Assembly: GCA_000165425.1 (NCBI GenBank)
Contig: CT868074.1
Location: 248,001-312,000 of the forward strand
DNA length: 64,000 nt
Reading direction: 5' to 3'
Source of the DNA: Paramecium tetraurelia
Taxonomy: Eukaryota
Below, piece by piece: positions 26,944-40,788 of this stretch. The notes below the pieces were generated by a model. The model saw nothing but the letters and a program-made list of their open reading frames with translations, was not told the origin of the DNA and ran no database searches. Position numbers and translations under genes: made by a program. The stretch's first letter is position 1, and each line of letters starts with the position of its first letter.

Positions 26944-27838
26944 CAACATAAATAAAATAGTCAAATTTTATATGTCATTTCATTTTCTCTTACTGGAATA
27001 CATTCCTCTTATCTTGTTAGATTTTATCTGCTTTTCTTTGGCTTTTTTGTCAATCCGCAATATGCACATAAAAAGGCATCCTTTGTTTCAATCTAAAACA
27101 ACAGTATGAATAAAAAGTTTCGTATCTGAATGAAAAACAACCCAGCCACTTTATATATCAATATATTTTATACATTCCAACTCGCTGATGTCAATTGTAT
27201 TCTTAACTACTTCAACTATTTAAGTGATTGTGAATATAACAATAAACTTGTTCAACTAAGAGTCAATCTTATTAATTGTAAGTAGTGGACAAACAAGTAA
27301 AGCCACTAATATTATATAGCTACAGATGGTGCTTAGTATAACTTTGGTTGGTTAATCAAATTCACATAAAAGTTCACCCGGTCGAGTTTAATGCATTATA
27401 AGGGGACTTGCTTAAATGATTTCTTTTTATTTACATTATCATAAACGACAAAGTTACTAGTGTTATACTAATTATTGAGTTTTCATTCAATTCTTTTCTA
27501 CATTTAGAATATGTTATGCACAAAAAAAGAGTATAAATTGATAATTGAGTTCCGTGAATAATGAGTGCCTATGAATAATATATCAAAATACTTATATGGT
27601 GCAAGTTGTATTATTAACGATTTTAGAATTCTAATGATCATTAACTAACATCATTCCTATGTTTTGTAATGCCACTAATGTTACTAACAAGAATTTAGTT
27701 CTCAAGTATGGGATTTAATTCTGAATAAGTAGCAAATATGCAGTCATTACAAGGACGTATTAGACAAATTGAATGGAACTAAAGACTATGATTGATATGA
27801 GTGCAATTTAAAAAGCTCCCATTTTAAATAAATTTAAT

Positions 27839-29007
27839 ATGCTATAACAATAGGTGGCTCTGAATTTTGAATATCTAAAACCAGCTTAATATTTGATCGA
27901 TGCAATAATGCATGATCGTATAAATACTGTTGATTAATTTAGCACAATATATAAAGCGGAAAGAGAGGTCTAAGAGTTAGAGAAGAATTTGGGAGAATGT
28001 GCCATATGATGCTTATGAAAAAGAGAAGATGGCAGATTTTATGAAGATAGTCGCAAAGAATAAAATATAATTACCTGCAGAGTAAATCTGATTGATATCC
28101 CAAATTATAGTTGGCAAGAAAGTGATACTCTGAAAATGGTTTATTGTGGCAAATTTAAAGATAAGAATTACTTAAAAGTCTTACAATCTCATTTAGCCTG
28201 GAGAGCAGTGCCAAACAATTTCTAACCCACTGATATCAATATTGCATTTTTACAAAAAGGCATTGTATACACCTTTGGAAGAGACAGATAGCAACGACCA
28301 GTCATAATAATGAATCTTGAATTGGTCAATTTAAAATAGGTGAATAATAAAGTTAACTTTTAGTTTAATGAAGAGGTCTATATCAATGCATTAAGCTACT
28401 ATTTCGGTATTATCAAGAAAAACTGTTTTGTACCTGGCAAAATAGAAAATTGGGTATTCATAATGGATACTAAAAAATTAGGACTTTCTAAATTTCCATT
28501 CAAAGTAATATTAGATATATGATAGGCTATTCAAATTGCAACCAAAACTATGCAAGTTAATTTTTGTGGTTGTTTGGACAAATTATATTTATTAAATCCT
28601 TCAAGTTCATTGAGTTTTTCATGGAAGATGGTATCTGGTATTCAAAATATATTGATATAAAGCCGTTGCTGATGCTGATACAATGGAAAAAGTATTTATG
28701 TTGAAGCCGAATGAATATGCCAAAATTTAAGAACGCATCCTTTCAAATCAATTAGAAGAGTAATATGGAGGAAAAGTACCTAATTTGACAAAATTCTGGT
28801 AATCATTACAATATTGAGATTAGGCCACCTATTAATATAGAGATTCCAGGGGGATATACTGAAGAAATCTTGAAAGCAGTAGAATCTATGAAAACAGCTG
28901 AAATAGTAATTCAAAAAGAAGCGCCTGCCTCAGAAGAGGACGAATTGAAATTGTAGGAACAGATGGCGAAAATTCAAATTAAGAAAGAAGACGATGATGA
29001 TGATTGA
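27839..29007 (+). CDS. CRAL-TRIO (Sec14-like) lipid-binding protein
   Basis: GIVYTFGRDRQQRPVIIMN, VPGKIENWVFIMD, MQVNFCGCLDKLYLLNP, QLEEQYGGKVPN; several tiny introns; acidic C-terminus. Confidence 0.9.
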
Positions 29008-29044
29008 TAAAATTTTTATTACATTGAATAAATATAATATTAAA

Positions 29045-31695
29045 ATGAGTTTCTTTAGGTCTAAAAAGATGAGATATTATAGTTTAGTAATTCCAAGAGA
29101 GAGTGCTTGGGTTGTAATGAATGAATTAGCAAGATTAGATTAGTTGCATTTTGTAGATTATGATCCACAATTACCAATGATCAGCAGACCATTTGCTAAT
29201 TATGTGAAAAGGTATCGATAAAATTAATCAATACAAGATGTGATGATTCCATTTTTAAATTGAGTTGTCTAGAGCAGCTCTTAAAGGAATTCAAAAAAAA
29301 TCTGATTTATTGTGAAAATGTAGATAGTTTACTAGATTATTTCCATTAAGTTCAATATGATAGAATGAAACCAGGTCATACCTATTTTGATGAGTTAGAG
29401 TAAGAGATTGACCAAAAAAAAATATAAATTCAAGAGTAATCTGCTAATTTGCAAAATCTATTGGATAGAGTAAATATCATCACAGAATAAAAATTGGTTT
29501 TGGAAAATGCAAAAGAAATTCTGGGCTAATCAGTGTTCTAATAGTATCCTTATTATTTTTATTAAAAACTAGATAAACACCACATAATGTAAATGATTAT
29601 TAATAATTAAAATTTGGTTAAATAATAGGAGTAATTGATAAAGAAGAAGAAGTTAGATTTAAAAGAATTATATTTAGAGTGACCAAAGGCAATGCCTGGG
29701 TCTAAATAAAGGATTTAAATAATTAATAAGTAGACAATTCCATGAGAAAATCATTTCATCTTAATTAAGTATAAAATTAATATATGTAGAATAATACATC
29801 TTAGCCAAGATGTCTCTTTGTAATTGTGTATCCTGGAGCTGATGAATCAAGTTCTTTTAGAATGAAATTGATGAAGGTTTGCGACTCCTTCAATAGATAG
29901 AGAATTGAGTATCCAAATTCGATGGATGATATGCAAAAAAAGATGATTGAATTGACTTAGTAATTATAGGAAGCCAAGAATTTAATAGAAATGACAAAGC
30001 AATAATTGGAGCAATCATTAGATGGTTTAGTATTGTAGAAATAAGGATGTAATTGCTCTTATTTTGAATACATGCGTTTATATGTATTGAAGGAGAAGTA
30101 CCTTTATGTAAATTTAAATTACTTAACAATGAGAGGATCAATCTTTACAGGATATTTTTGGTTACCAGAAGGATTAGAACTTGTGGTTGAAGAAAAACTT
30201 AGAAATGCTATGAAAAATAATCGAGATCATTATCCCACTGGTTAAATTCAAGAACTGAAAGCTTACCTCTATACTCCTCCTACCTATTTCAATTTGAATG
30301 AAGTCACTATGCCATTCTAGGAAATCGTGAATACTTATGGAGTGCCTCGATATCAAGAAGTCAACCCTGGTTTATTTACCATAATCACATTCCCATTCTT
30401 ATTTGGAGTCATGTTTGCTGATATTGCTCATGGATTCATGTTATTTCTATGTGGAATATATTTAATATTTTGGAAAAAATCCCTTTAAAAGAAAACAGAT
30501 TCTATGTTCAATTAGATGATACCCTTCAGGTATTTAATCATCTTGATGGGTTTCTTTGCACTTTATAATGGATTCATTTATAATGATTATCTATCAATAT
30601 CTTTGAATCTTTTTGGCAGCTGTTATTCACCAGAAAATGAAGAATGGAAGAAAGAATCAAAAGATTGTGTTTATCCATTTGGAGTTGACCCAGTTTGGCA
30701 AGCATCTGGATCAAGTTTGAATTTCATGAATTCTTATAAAATGAAACTATCTGTCATCTTAGGTGTGATTCATATGTTATTTGGTATTCTAATGAAAGGA
30801 GTCAATACCCTTTTTTTTAAAAACTACCTAGATTTCTATTGTGAATTCATTCCTCAACTATTATTTATGATTTGTACTTTTGGATGGATGGATTTCATTA
30901 TAATAGTCAAATGGTTGAATACATATGAAAATAATACTGATCCAAGCATTATTGAAACTATGATCAACTAAGTTTTGAAACCGTTTGATGAACCTGTTAA
31001 TCCTGTGTTTCCTAATGATCCTTAGTTTTAATTAAGAGTAACACAAATCTTAACATTGATTGCTGTCATCTGTATACCTTGGATGCTTCTTCCTAAACCA
31101 TTGATTTTGGGTTCCAAACACGACAATCATAAAGTTTCTATGTCTGATTCTCAATATTAACCTTTAGTAATGGAAAAATAAGTTTCAGAATCAGATGAGG
31201 ACAATAATTAGTAGTTTTAAAGTGATTTGCAAAATGCAGCCAATCTTAAAAGCTTCTCTGAACAGAATAAAGAAGAACATGATTCAGGTGAGATTTGGGT
31301 TCACTAAATGATTGAAACCATTGAATTTGTATTAGGAGGAATCAGCAATACAGCATCATATCTTCGTCTTTGGGCTTTATCATTGGCACATGGATAATTA
31401 GCTGAAGTATTCTATGACATGTGTTTGGCTGGCAAATTGGATGCTGGAGGCATTTTGGGGGGATTATTGGGGGGATACTTTTATATTGTCTTTGCTTTGC
31501 TTACTTTTGGAGTGTTAATGACTATGGATGTTATGGAATGCTTTTTGCATGCTCTTCGTTTACATTGGTACTGTATACTTTAATGAAAGGGTTGAATTTC
31601 AGAATAAGTTTTTTAAAGCTGATGGATACTTGTTTAATGGGTATTCTTACAAAAAAATATTGAATGACAATCTGAAATAGGCAAATTCAAAATGA
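29045..31695 (+). CDS. ATP6V0A: V-type proton ATPase V0 subunit a
   Basis: [112 protein letters not shown]. Confidence 0.97.
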
Positions 31696-31776
31696 TATAT
31701 TATTATTTCAAGTGATATCCAAACATCTTATTTAATTATATAATAATGAAATCTAATTTAAATTTATAATACAAAA

Positions 31777-34700
31777 TCAATTAAATTTGAAGGATGAATC
31801 TTTTTTCTACGATTTAAATCTCGGCTACACTTCTGGATTTCTTAAATAATAAGGCACAAACTTTTTTGGTTACTATTGCTACTACTATGACTGTTCTAGT
31901 CTTCTTCTTGTATATCTGGACTCAGCAGGACTCACCTATTATTACTAAACAATATCAGAGATGTTAATCATATCCTTTTTCTTCTTTTCTATATAGACTG
32001 TGTATTTATTTTGTCTTTGTTGAGACATCTAGCTTCCATGTTGTCGTTAATCTACAAAAGCATTAAAAGACACAGGTGCCTCCATTATTACTTAATCATC
32101 TTAATCAAACTTGAATAATGGAACATCTGGTTTCTCCTCTACTTATCTTTATGTCTAGTTTTAAGAGGAAGGCTATGCATCACTTAAATTGGATCTCATG
32201 GATGTCATCATTTTAGGCAGTTTTTTTCTTTTTGGTGGCAATTTTGAATCTAATTATAACTTAGAATTCAATTCTGAATAATCTGATAAATGCGATAATT
32301 ATCTCTCTTCTTAATTATTTGTATTTTCTCTTGCTAAAGTGTTATCAGATTTTTTCTATTATATCTTATTCTACGTGATTTCTAAATCCTATTTAATTTA
32401 AGCCACTCTCTAAAGCATTTTCTATGTGCTTAGACTAGGAGGTGGTTAAGATGCAAGTTAAGAGCCTCCAAATATATCATTAGCCTTCTTGTAATTCTAT
32501 ACTTCCAAATCTAAATATTTTATAATATCTCCTGCTTCTTTTACTTTTTCATAAGCATTTATTACTAAGTGATATAGCTCTTGATGATCTTTAAGTAAAC
32601 GTTAGATCGTCTCAGTGTCATCTGGTCTTGCCAATCTTTCCTAATACTATTTCCTTAATTATTCAAATTAAGTGTATTTCTCCTCGTATTTCTTTCTGTA
32701 CTCTTCAATTTCCTAATTGCAAGTCTCAGTTAATGTATTTAATTGTACATCACTTTACTCCTTCATCTATTAAATTTACAATTGATATTTTAATTCTTAT
32801 TCAATCATGTCTTATTTCAACATATTATTGTCTTTCTTCAATTGCGTTATTTAACTTTTCAAAATCTATACCTACTCATTCATGTCTTCTAACTCTTTCT
32901 CATTTTCTTTTAAAATATCCTGAAATTTAAGTGTCAATTAGTTAACATATTCCTAACTCTCTTATTTTTCTGACAATGCTTTTTCCTTAGCCTCTTCCAA
33001 TTCTTTTTAACACTATTTCACAATGACATCTAATCCTTAAATATTACTTTCTTTTTTTGGAGCTTCTCTATAAATTATTTTTTCAACTATTTAAATTATT
33101 GGCTTTCTTTACTCCTAATTTTCACTTCCCTCTTGTTAAGTTCCTTATTATAATTAATCTATTATCTATTCATACCTAATTATCAATTCAGCCTTTTCCT
33201 TCTAATGATTTAATTCAATCTCCTTCATAATTTCTTATTCCTTTTCTTTAAGAGCTAATTGTAATTATTAACTATCTTCATAAATCACACCATCCAATTC
33301 AAACTCTGTTTACTATTCTATATCTATTTGCTCTAATTTAACTTAATTTTGCTCCAAAATCTTAACCTGCTATTCAAAATTACTTTTTTAGTTATTCAAT
33401 TATTGTTCTAACAGATATTATTATTGTTAAGCAATTTTCTTGGTTTATGTAATTTCCTCTTACTTTTGAACTATTTCCTTTTATTTCTTAGCTATCTCTT
33501 AGATTAGAGTTTCTTTTTCTTATTAATATTGATTATTGATAGTCTATATCTTATTATTTAACTCTTGAGTAATCCCAAGAGTTTCTATGTATTGATTATT
33601 TAATTGTGTTAATTCAATATCCTTATTTCCAATAAATATTTGCAATTCTTTAACTAATTTTTAGTGTTTATGATTCTCCTACTACCTTGCTTATTCCTTA
33701 TTTTTAATTTCTGATTATAATGAGAGTATTTCATTATTCTTTGTTTAGACTTGCTCACTCAAGATAAAATAGTTTTATTGAATTTGTTTAGTTTATTCCA
33801 TCATTCTCTATAGTTTTGTTGTCAAATTGTCATTCATTTTATTAAAAACATTCAATGACATATTCATTTCATCTTACAATTAAATAATTCTCTCATGACT
33901 TTTTTATTCAGAATCAATATATTTAGATTGTAGTTAATTAAATTGATTCTACAGATTACCTAATTAATTTTATTTTTATTCACAAGACGTTGTTAAACTT
34001 AAAACCTTATCTTCTAATGGCTTTTTAGCAGATTTGATAAGGATTTCGACTCCATCCCTTAGAACTATAATTTCTTCCTAAAATTTGCATTCTACTTCCT
34101 TTACTTGCATTTTGAATTCATCAACTTAAAGTTAAATGCGAGCTTGCAACTACTAAATTTCTGTATCCTTATTTTTTAATACCATATCTTTGAGATTTTG
34201 TTCTTCTTTTAATTTTGCTACCTTTTCATTAAATTCTACCAGCTTATTTTAAGCTTATTATTCTAGTTTAGATATCTGATCTTTATGTATCAACTCATAT
34301 TATTCAAACTTACTTATAGAAGAATCCAATTACCCTTTCAATCTACTAATTTCTGTATTTTTCTACCGAGTTAATAATTCATATTATTCTTGGGCATTTT
34401 TTTAAAATTAATTCAATCTATTATCAGATTATTTCTCCATATCTTCTTTAGTCTTCTAAAGTTATTTATTATGATCCACTTTCATTTATTCTTGTAATCT
34501 CTAAAATCTTTCTATTTTTTCTTTCATTTTATTTTCTAGGCTTTATACATTCAATTGGAGTGATTTAATCTCCTTTTATTGATTTTAAATGTCACTAGCC
34601 TATTTAAAAACTTCTTCCTTGGAATTTTTCAGCTATTTCTTAGTTAATTCATGATCTTCATTTAATTTGGTATACTTTTCTAAGAGTGCTTGGTTCTCCT

Positions 34701-35683
34701 ATTTCTATGTTTGAATTGAATTCTCTAGATCCTGAACGACAACACTATACTTTTCTTTGTTTTCTTTGTATAATTGAATCAAGGCATCGTATTCGCTTGA
34801 GAGTTTTAAGAATTCATTAGTTTTTTACTCCAATTAGACTTGATAAACTTCGGCATTTTTTTACAAAATTTAAAATTTGTCTTCATAGTTGTTTTATAAC
34901 TGTTTTTGATTGTTTGCATACTATATTTTTTATTCTTTTATTTCATTTTTATGTTTTTTGTATAATTCTTTCATTGCAAAATCATGTTTAATATCAATAT
35001 CGGTCTATTTTGTTTAGAATTCTTATTCTAATTTTTAATAATACTACAATTTCAAATCCTTCCTTGTTATTTCAGATTCATAGCTCAAAATATTCTATTA
35101 ATGCTATTGGATTTCTGAATTCAGTTGTAATATTTTGTCTTCCAAGAGTGATATCTATTCGACATTGTCCAGTCCATCTTAAACTTGTTTTTTGAATCTA
35201 TTTTTCCATTTAATTTTTTTATCAGTCATCATTTATTCAAGTTCCTTTATTTACTAAATATGTTGTTCCTTTAAAATTTCAAATTCTTTGCCTTTTTATT
35301 TCATAGCAGCTATCATTTTTTCTTTCTCCATATAGAAGTATCGCTAGTCTTCAACCAAATATTTAACTAACAGTTCAATTGAGGCCATATCTTTTGAAAA
35401 TTTTCTATCTTCATTCGTTGTTTAATTGACGTCAAATGTTATCTTTTAAAGCTCTTCTCTGTAAACTTATTTACTTTTGAACATTACCTGAAATTTGTCG
35501 CAGATGTTCAATGATCTAATCTTTCAATTTATAATTTTCTCTCAGCAAATCAGCAAATAGGTTGGCAAAATATTTACAATCACCTTGCAATTTCTAGTTT
35601 CCGTCCTTGGAAAACAAATCCTATTTCAAGAGTTCTGAAAATTCGTTCATCCTAAATTCGAATTCATCTATGCTGTTCTACAT
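31777..35683 (-). CDS. Large coiled-coil protein (about 1290 aa), unknown function
   Basis: Long E/K/Q-rich heptad frame open under table 6 after one early 22-nt intron; Pro/Ser-rich basic C-terminus; TGA at 31777-31779. Confidence 0.8.
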
Positions 35684-35697
35684 TTAATTATAATAAA

Positions 35698-36690
35698 ATG
35701 AATCAATATAAAGTAGTGGGAGATTATCAAATATTTTTAAATCAGAAACTGGGTACTGGTGCTATGGGCGAAGTATATGTAGGGGAAAGGAAATCAGATA
35801 AACTCAGAGTGGCGGTGAAGGTAATATCAAAGTCATACATCAACTCAAGGGATAAATATAATAAGTACTATACATAGTAATGAAGGGAATTGATTAAAAA
35901 AAGAATTAAGAGAGAAATAGCCATACAATAAGGTCTTAAACATCCAAATATCATATAACTGTATTGTGTTTAGGAAACTAACAATTCAATTTATCTGTTC
36001 ATGGAGCTGGCAAATAGCACTTTAGATCAATATTATACTAATAGTAAATTAGATTTTTTATTCTATTGTAGAGATAATTAATGACGATGAAGAAATGAAA
36101 AACCTTATCAGACAAGTTGTCAATGCTTTCTTGTATATGTCTGAATTAGAAGTCATTAATCAATTTCAAAACGAGAAGGTATATAAGGGAGTATGCCATT
36201 TGGACTTGAAACCTTAAAATGTTTTAATCGTTGGAGATAGTATCAAAATTTCAGATTTTGGTTTATCCACTGCCCTGAGACCCTATGAGAGTTAAGAAAT
36301 GATCGAATTTTCAGAGCAATTTGACAATGTACCCTCTAATATAGATTATTTAGGATAAGGCAGGTAAAATCAATTATAAACAAGAGTCTCCTTTATATGG
36401 CTATAGAATAATTAAGCTCTCAGTAAACAGAAAGCCTAGAAATTCTTGATGTTTGGAGTGCTGGAGTAATATTTTATGAACTTGCCTTTGGTTAACATCC
36501 ATATAATAATCCTTAATCAAATGTCAAAAGTCCCATAGATATTCTATCTCTGTTGAATGCTTAAGAAATCAGCTATCCAAAGTCGAAATTTAATGATTAA
36601 TTTTATGATTTGTTGAGAGGAATGCTCAATAAAAATCATAAGGAAAGATTGAATTGGAAATAGTGTAAAGAGCATCCATTTCTATAATGA
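35698..36690 (+). CDS. Ser/Thr protein kinase (ULK/CAMK-like)
   Basis: LGTGAMGEVY, VAVKVI, LKHPNIIQL, CHLDLKPQNVL, KISDFG, DVWSAGVIFYEL, HPFL; introns. Confidence 0.9.
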
Positions 36691-36715
36691 ATTGGAGTGA
36701 TAAATGAAATTATAA

Positions 36716-37752
36716 TCATAAGGCAAACTTTTCCAAAAGGGATTCCACCTTTTATCCTAGAGTATCCTAGTTTTCTAGTAAACTTAAATCATTATCTCTT
36801 AAATCAGAAAATTAGTAAAATTAACTTGATTCTATTGAGGAAGTATCTAATTCATCTAAAATAGTAATTTCTTCTGTTGATTTTTTATCTTAATTTTTAA
36901 TTTTTAATGGTTGAGTTTCGTAATTTTACTATTCTAATGAATTGGATTAGTTTATTTAAATCTATTTAAGCATTTTTAATGCTTCTCTATACACTATTTA
37001 TTCCGTATTTCTCTTATTTATCCCCACTCGAGTGATTGACAATAGGTTGCTCAATTCCAATTACACCTAGTAGACATTTATTGGGTTTCCATTCTAGGAG
37101 GAATCCTTCTTCCATTCAACAGAAACTTTTGGTTTCAAATTAGTGCACCCATTTACAAATTCTAAAAATGCCGATTTCGGATTTTATTTAAGTTCTACTA
37201 TGGGGACACCTTATCCTCTAGTTGAAATAGTTTAATTATATACTTATCTAAAACTTATTTGAGTATAGGCTAAACAACCTCTCTTAAATGATCTAAGTCG
37301 TAACCAGAATCGTAGTACTAGGCAGCAATTATTGCTTTGAGTGTTTCTGCTAGAATCTTTGGGTTTTTTCTAGTATGTACACAACTCTTACTTTAAGCCG
37401 ATCTAGTTACCAACTTGAACAATATTGTCAATCTTATAACTTAATGCTATGTCGGCTAAATTCCTCTCACTCAATAGTCTTTATCTGAGCAATACAAGAT
37501 CACTCGACTTTTTAATTTAACTTTCTTTGTTTGGATAACTATGCTTAATTTCATTAATACCCACCCTCTTTATATCAAGTAATCCGAAAAATAAAACTCT
37601 AAAATCATTTGCCCTATCCCCACAAAGTCTTCATTGTTTCCAAAAGGATATTTGACACCTTTTTTCGATTGGTACTCTAATTCATGTATTTTATTGGTTA
37701 ATGCTTGAGCCAATGTATTTGTGTTTTAAAATGAGAAGATTTTGTTATTCAT
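36716..37752 (-). CDS. RNase III-domain + dsRBD protein, predicted catalytically inactive
   Basis: FSFQNTNTLAQALT, NEDFVGIGQMILEFYFSDYL, YP..LRQRLLSERNLADIALSYKID, PKILAETLKAIIAAQYYDSG, then dsRBD-like NPKSAFLEFV...GINKRNTEQIVYREALKML. Confidence 0.72.
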
Positions 37753-38882
37753 TTGAAGAATAATAATATTGTCTTTTGTTAAATACCAAGACCATTATCT
37801 TTAGTTCCATTGGCTAATTTAGGACTCATTCCACATTTAATTCATTTTGAACATTATTTCAGAAAAAGTTCCAACTACCAGTATTCTCATCCATTTAGAT
37901 CTACACTTTCTTTCCCTTCATTTTTTAGAAGGAACTGATAGCTTAAGAGAATTTTATCATGGAGTAAAAATTAGGATAAGCAATCCAATTTTTGGTACTG
38001 AAATAGAATTCTTCACTTTTAAATTTAAGTGATCCTACTAGAACAACTCTTCTTTAATTCAATCCCATCTATTATATATATTTAATAATAGTAAAAATTA
38101 TTGAGCATCCGAATAATTAACCCTTTAAAATACCTGAAAAAATGTGATAAATTTATTTCTTCTAAAAATAAGAAAATTCAAATAATTTAATCAAAATTAA
38201 TCGTTTATTTTGCAATCTTATAATTAAAAATCATTTAAATCTTAAATCTGGCTTTACATTTTCTTATGGGCATCTAAAATTTTACAACCAACTCAGTTCT
38301 CTAAAGTTAAAAATTGTCTTGATTACCATATATTGATGCTAAAAGATAGGCTATTATTTTTAAATGCTATGATTTTATTAATGCATTAAATTTATATGTT
38401 AAAGCAAATTGAGAACAAAATTTAAAATGAAGTTAAGTTTAAATAATTATTATTTTAAACCTAAAGTTTTATTTCCTAGATATTACTTCTTTTACACTTA
38501 CTTAAATAATCAATGCTTATGTAAATGTTAATTTAAATTTAAATTAAGCCATGATTGGTGTTATTGAAGACTTTATAAGCCTTAAGGATGGAATTCTATG
38601 ATGGCATGAGATTAATAAAATGAACTATCCTTATTTAATATCATAAAGACAACTTAGTCAATTTCGCAAACTTAATATTTCGTGAGAATGGTAGTCCTCT
38701 CTATGAAATTATTCCTTTAAATGAATATTATTCTATTATATAATTTATTATATTTTACTAATTTAATAATTAATTTAATAATATAATCAATATTCTTATA
38801 AGCGTATTTTCACTCTATTTCTATTATCACCTTAGAGTATTTTCTGATATAAAAATGCTAATCAATAATAATTTTACACTGA

Positions 38883-39017
38883 ATGGAAATGAGTGATTCG
38901 GATCATGATGTGGATTATAGATTATAATATATTGATTTCTGCAGTGCCAACGCAAATATTCATTAACCATTCTGTTCCCCCAATTATTATCTTCAAATGT
39001 AAAGGATCCTCATTTGA
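38883..39017 (+). promoter_or_regulatory. Candidate uORF (44 aa) overlapping the ODC 5' region
   Basis: ATG 38883 to TGA 39015-39017, MEMSDSDHDVDYRLQYIDFCSANANIHQPFCSPNYYLQMQRILI*. A second 13-aa uORF lies at 38855-38896. Confidence 0.4.
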
Positions 39018-40788
39018 CCCTACTATCACAGACTTTATAAGGAATTACACAATTTAAAACATCCTTAAATTTTCTACATTTCTTACATCTATTTAAATCT
39101 CAATATAGATTAAATATGTAGAAAACGGTGTCTTCAATCCGGAAATTATTCTTATTTTTAATTCTTTATTGAGAATGATAACTTAAACATCAAATAGTGA
39201 TGAGTAGGGTGCTTCTCATAGTGAGGTTAATCCCTCTAAACTTAGCCAAGATGCCAATAATTAAGGAAAAAATTCTGAAGAATCTACAGCAGAAATCATG
39301 AATTAATATAACGTTACAATGATAAGATGTCAACAATGTTAACGTGAATAACCACCATCTAATAAATGTATATAATGTGGAATTCAATTTGCTTAAAATA
39401 TTTCCCCCGCTTGTTTACAAAATCAGAAAAATGTACCCAAAGTTGAGCAGCAAACAGTGCCCTAGTAGCTTAATTTGAATAACAATTCAGCTTTTAGATT
39501 GTACTTCTTAAAAGGTATTATTTTTAATTATCTTTAGGTTGTGATAATCGTTAGCTCAACTTATCATAGTAGAAGGAATTTCTCAATTATGTTAAAATCG
39601 ATCCTTATGGCCACTCCTTTATGATATATAATTCAAATGAACTTAAAAATAAGGTAAATTAATGGAAATAAGCTCTTCCATGGATTACACCATACTATGC
39701 AATTAAGAGCAACCCGATAGACCCTATATTAAAAGTTATCGTTGATGGTCCTTATGGAACATTTGACTGTGCTTCTAAAGGAGTAAAATTTTTATAAAAT
39801 CTTAGGAAATCTCAACGGTGATCAAGTCTGGAGTTCCTGGTTCAAAAATTGTTTATAGTAATCCAGTAAAGGAGGAAAAAGATATTTAATACGCCAAGAG
39901 CATGGGAGTCGAAATAACAAGTGCTGACACCATCGATGAACTCATCAAGATCCAAAAGATAGCACCAGAAATGAAGATACTATGGAGAATATCTATTGTT
40001 GAAGAAAACCCAGAATAAATGGCGACCGTTTTTTCTGGCAAATTTGGGGATGATATACCAGATTTAGATGCTGCTCATAAAAGGTTTTAGTAAATTCAAC
40101 AAATGGGAATTCAATTGCATGGTATTCATTTCCATTGTGGAAGTGCTGTTTAAGGATCATCCTCTTTTGGAAAAGTAATTCATTCATTTATCCCTAGGCT
40201 ATTGATTTGGCCAAAGAATGTATGAAAATAGGCAGATTGTATGGACATAAGATGATATTGTTAGATGTAGGAGGTGGATTTCCTACTGGTAATATTCAAG
40301 AAAATATCATTAATGCATTGAAAAAAACTGAAAACGATCCTTTAGGATATGAAGTGATTGCAGAACCTGGAAGACATTTTAGTGCTAACACATGTTATCT
40401 TTTATTTAGAATTATGACTAAAAGAATTAAACATGGGAGATTGTGTTACCATGTAAATGAATCTTTATATCATTCTTTCAATTGTGTTCTTATGGATGGT
40501 ATCACATTTGAAAATGAAAATGATTAATTGTATAGTGTTTTCAACTCAGATGGGTCCTAAAATACTTAAAATTCAGATCACTCTAATGTTTCAATTTTCG
40601 GAATGACATGTGATGGCCATGATGCTCTTGCTAAGAATATTACTTTACCTAGTGATATGTAGGTTGGAGATTGGCTTTGTATGTCAGGTATGGGAAGCTA
40701 CACCATTGGACCAAAATCCAGATTCAACGGAATGAAATCAACATCCAAAATCTATCAATGGAGTAGTTAAATTGAAGAATAAATTTGA
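38905..40788 (+). CDS. ODC: Ornithine decarboxylase (fold-III PLP decarboxylase) with N-terminal extension
   Basis: PYYAIKSNP, FDCASKGE, FHCGS, DVGGGFP, IAEPGRHF, FGMTCDGHD, GMGSYT; 3 introns. Start uncertain: 38905 is the most upstream in-frame ATG and 39175 is an alternative. Confidence 0.92.

Noticed and set aside
26960..27830. Coding-like minus-strand sequence between centrin and CRAL-TRIO
   Set aside because: Interrupted by TGAs with no consistent exon model or recognisable domain; possibly a relic, but not supportable.
37753..38068. Possible upstream extension of the RNase III gene
   Set aside because: The frame from ATG 38068 hits TGA with no suitable intron, and ATG 37752 has typical context and coincides with the domain start.
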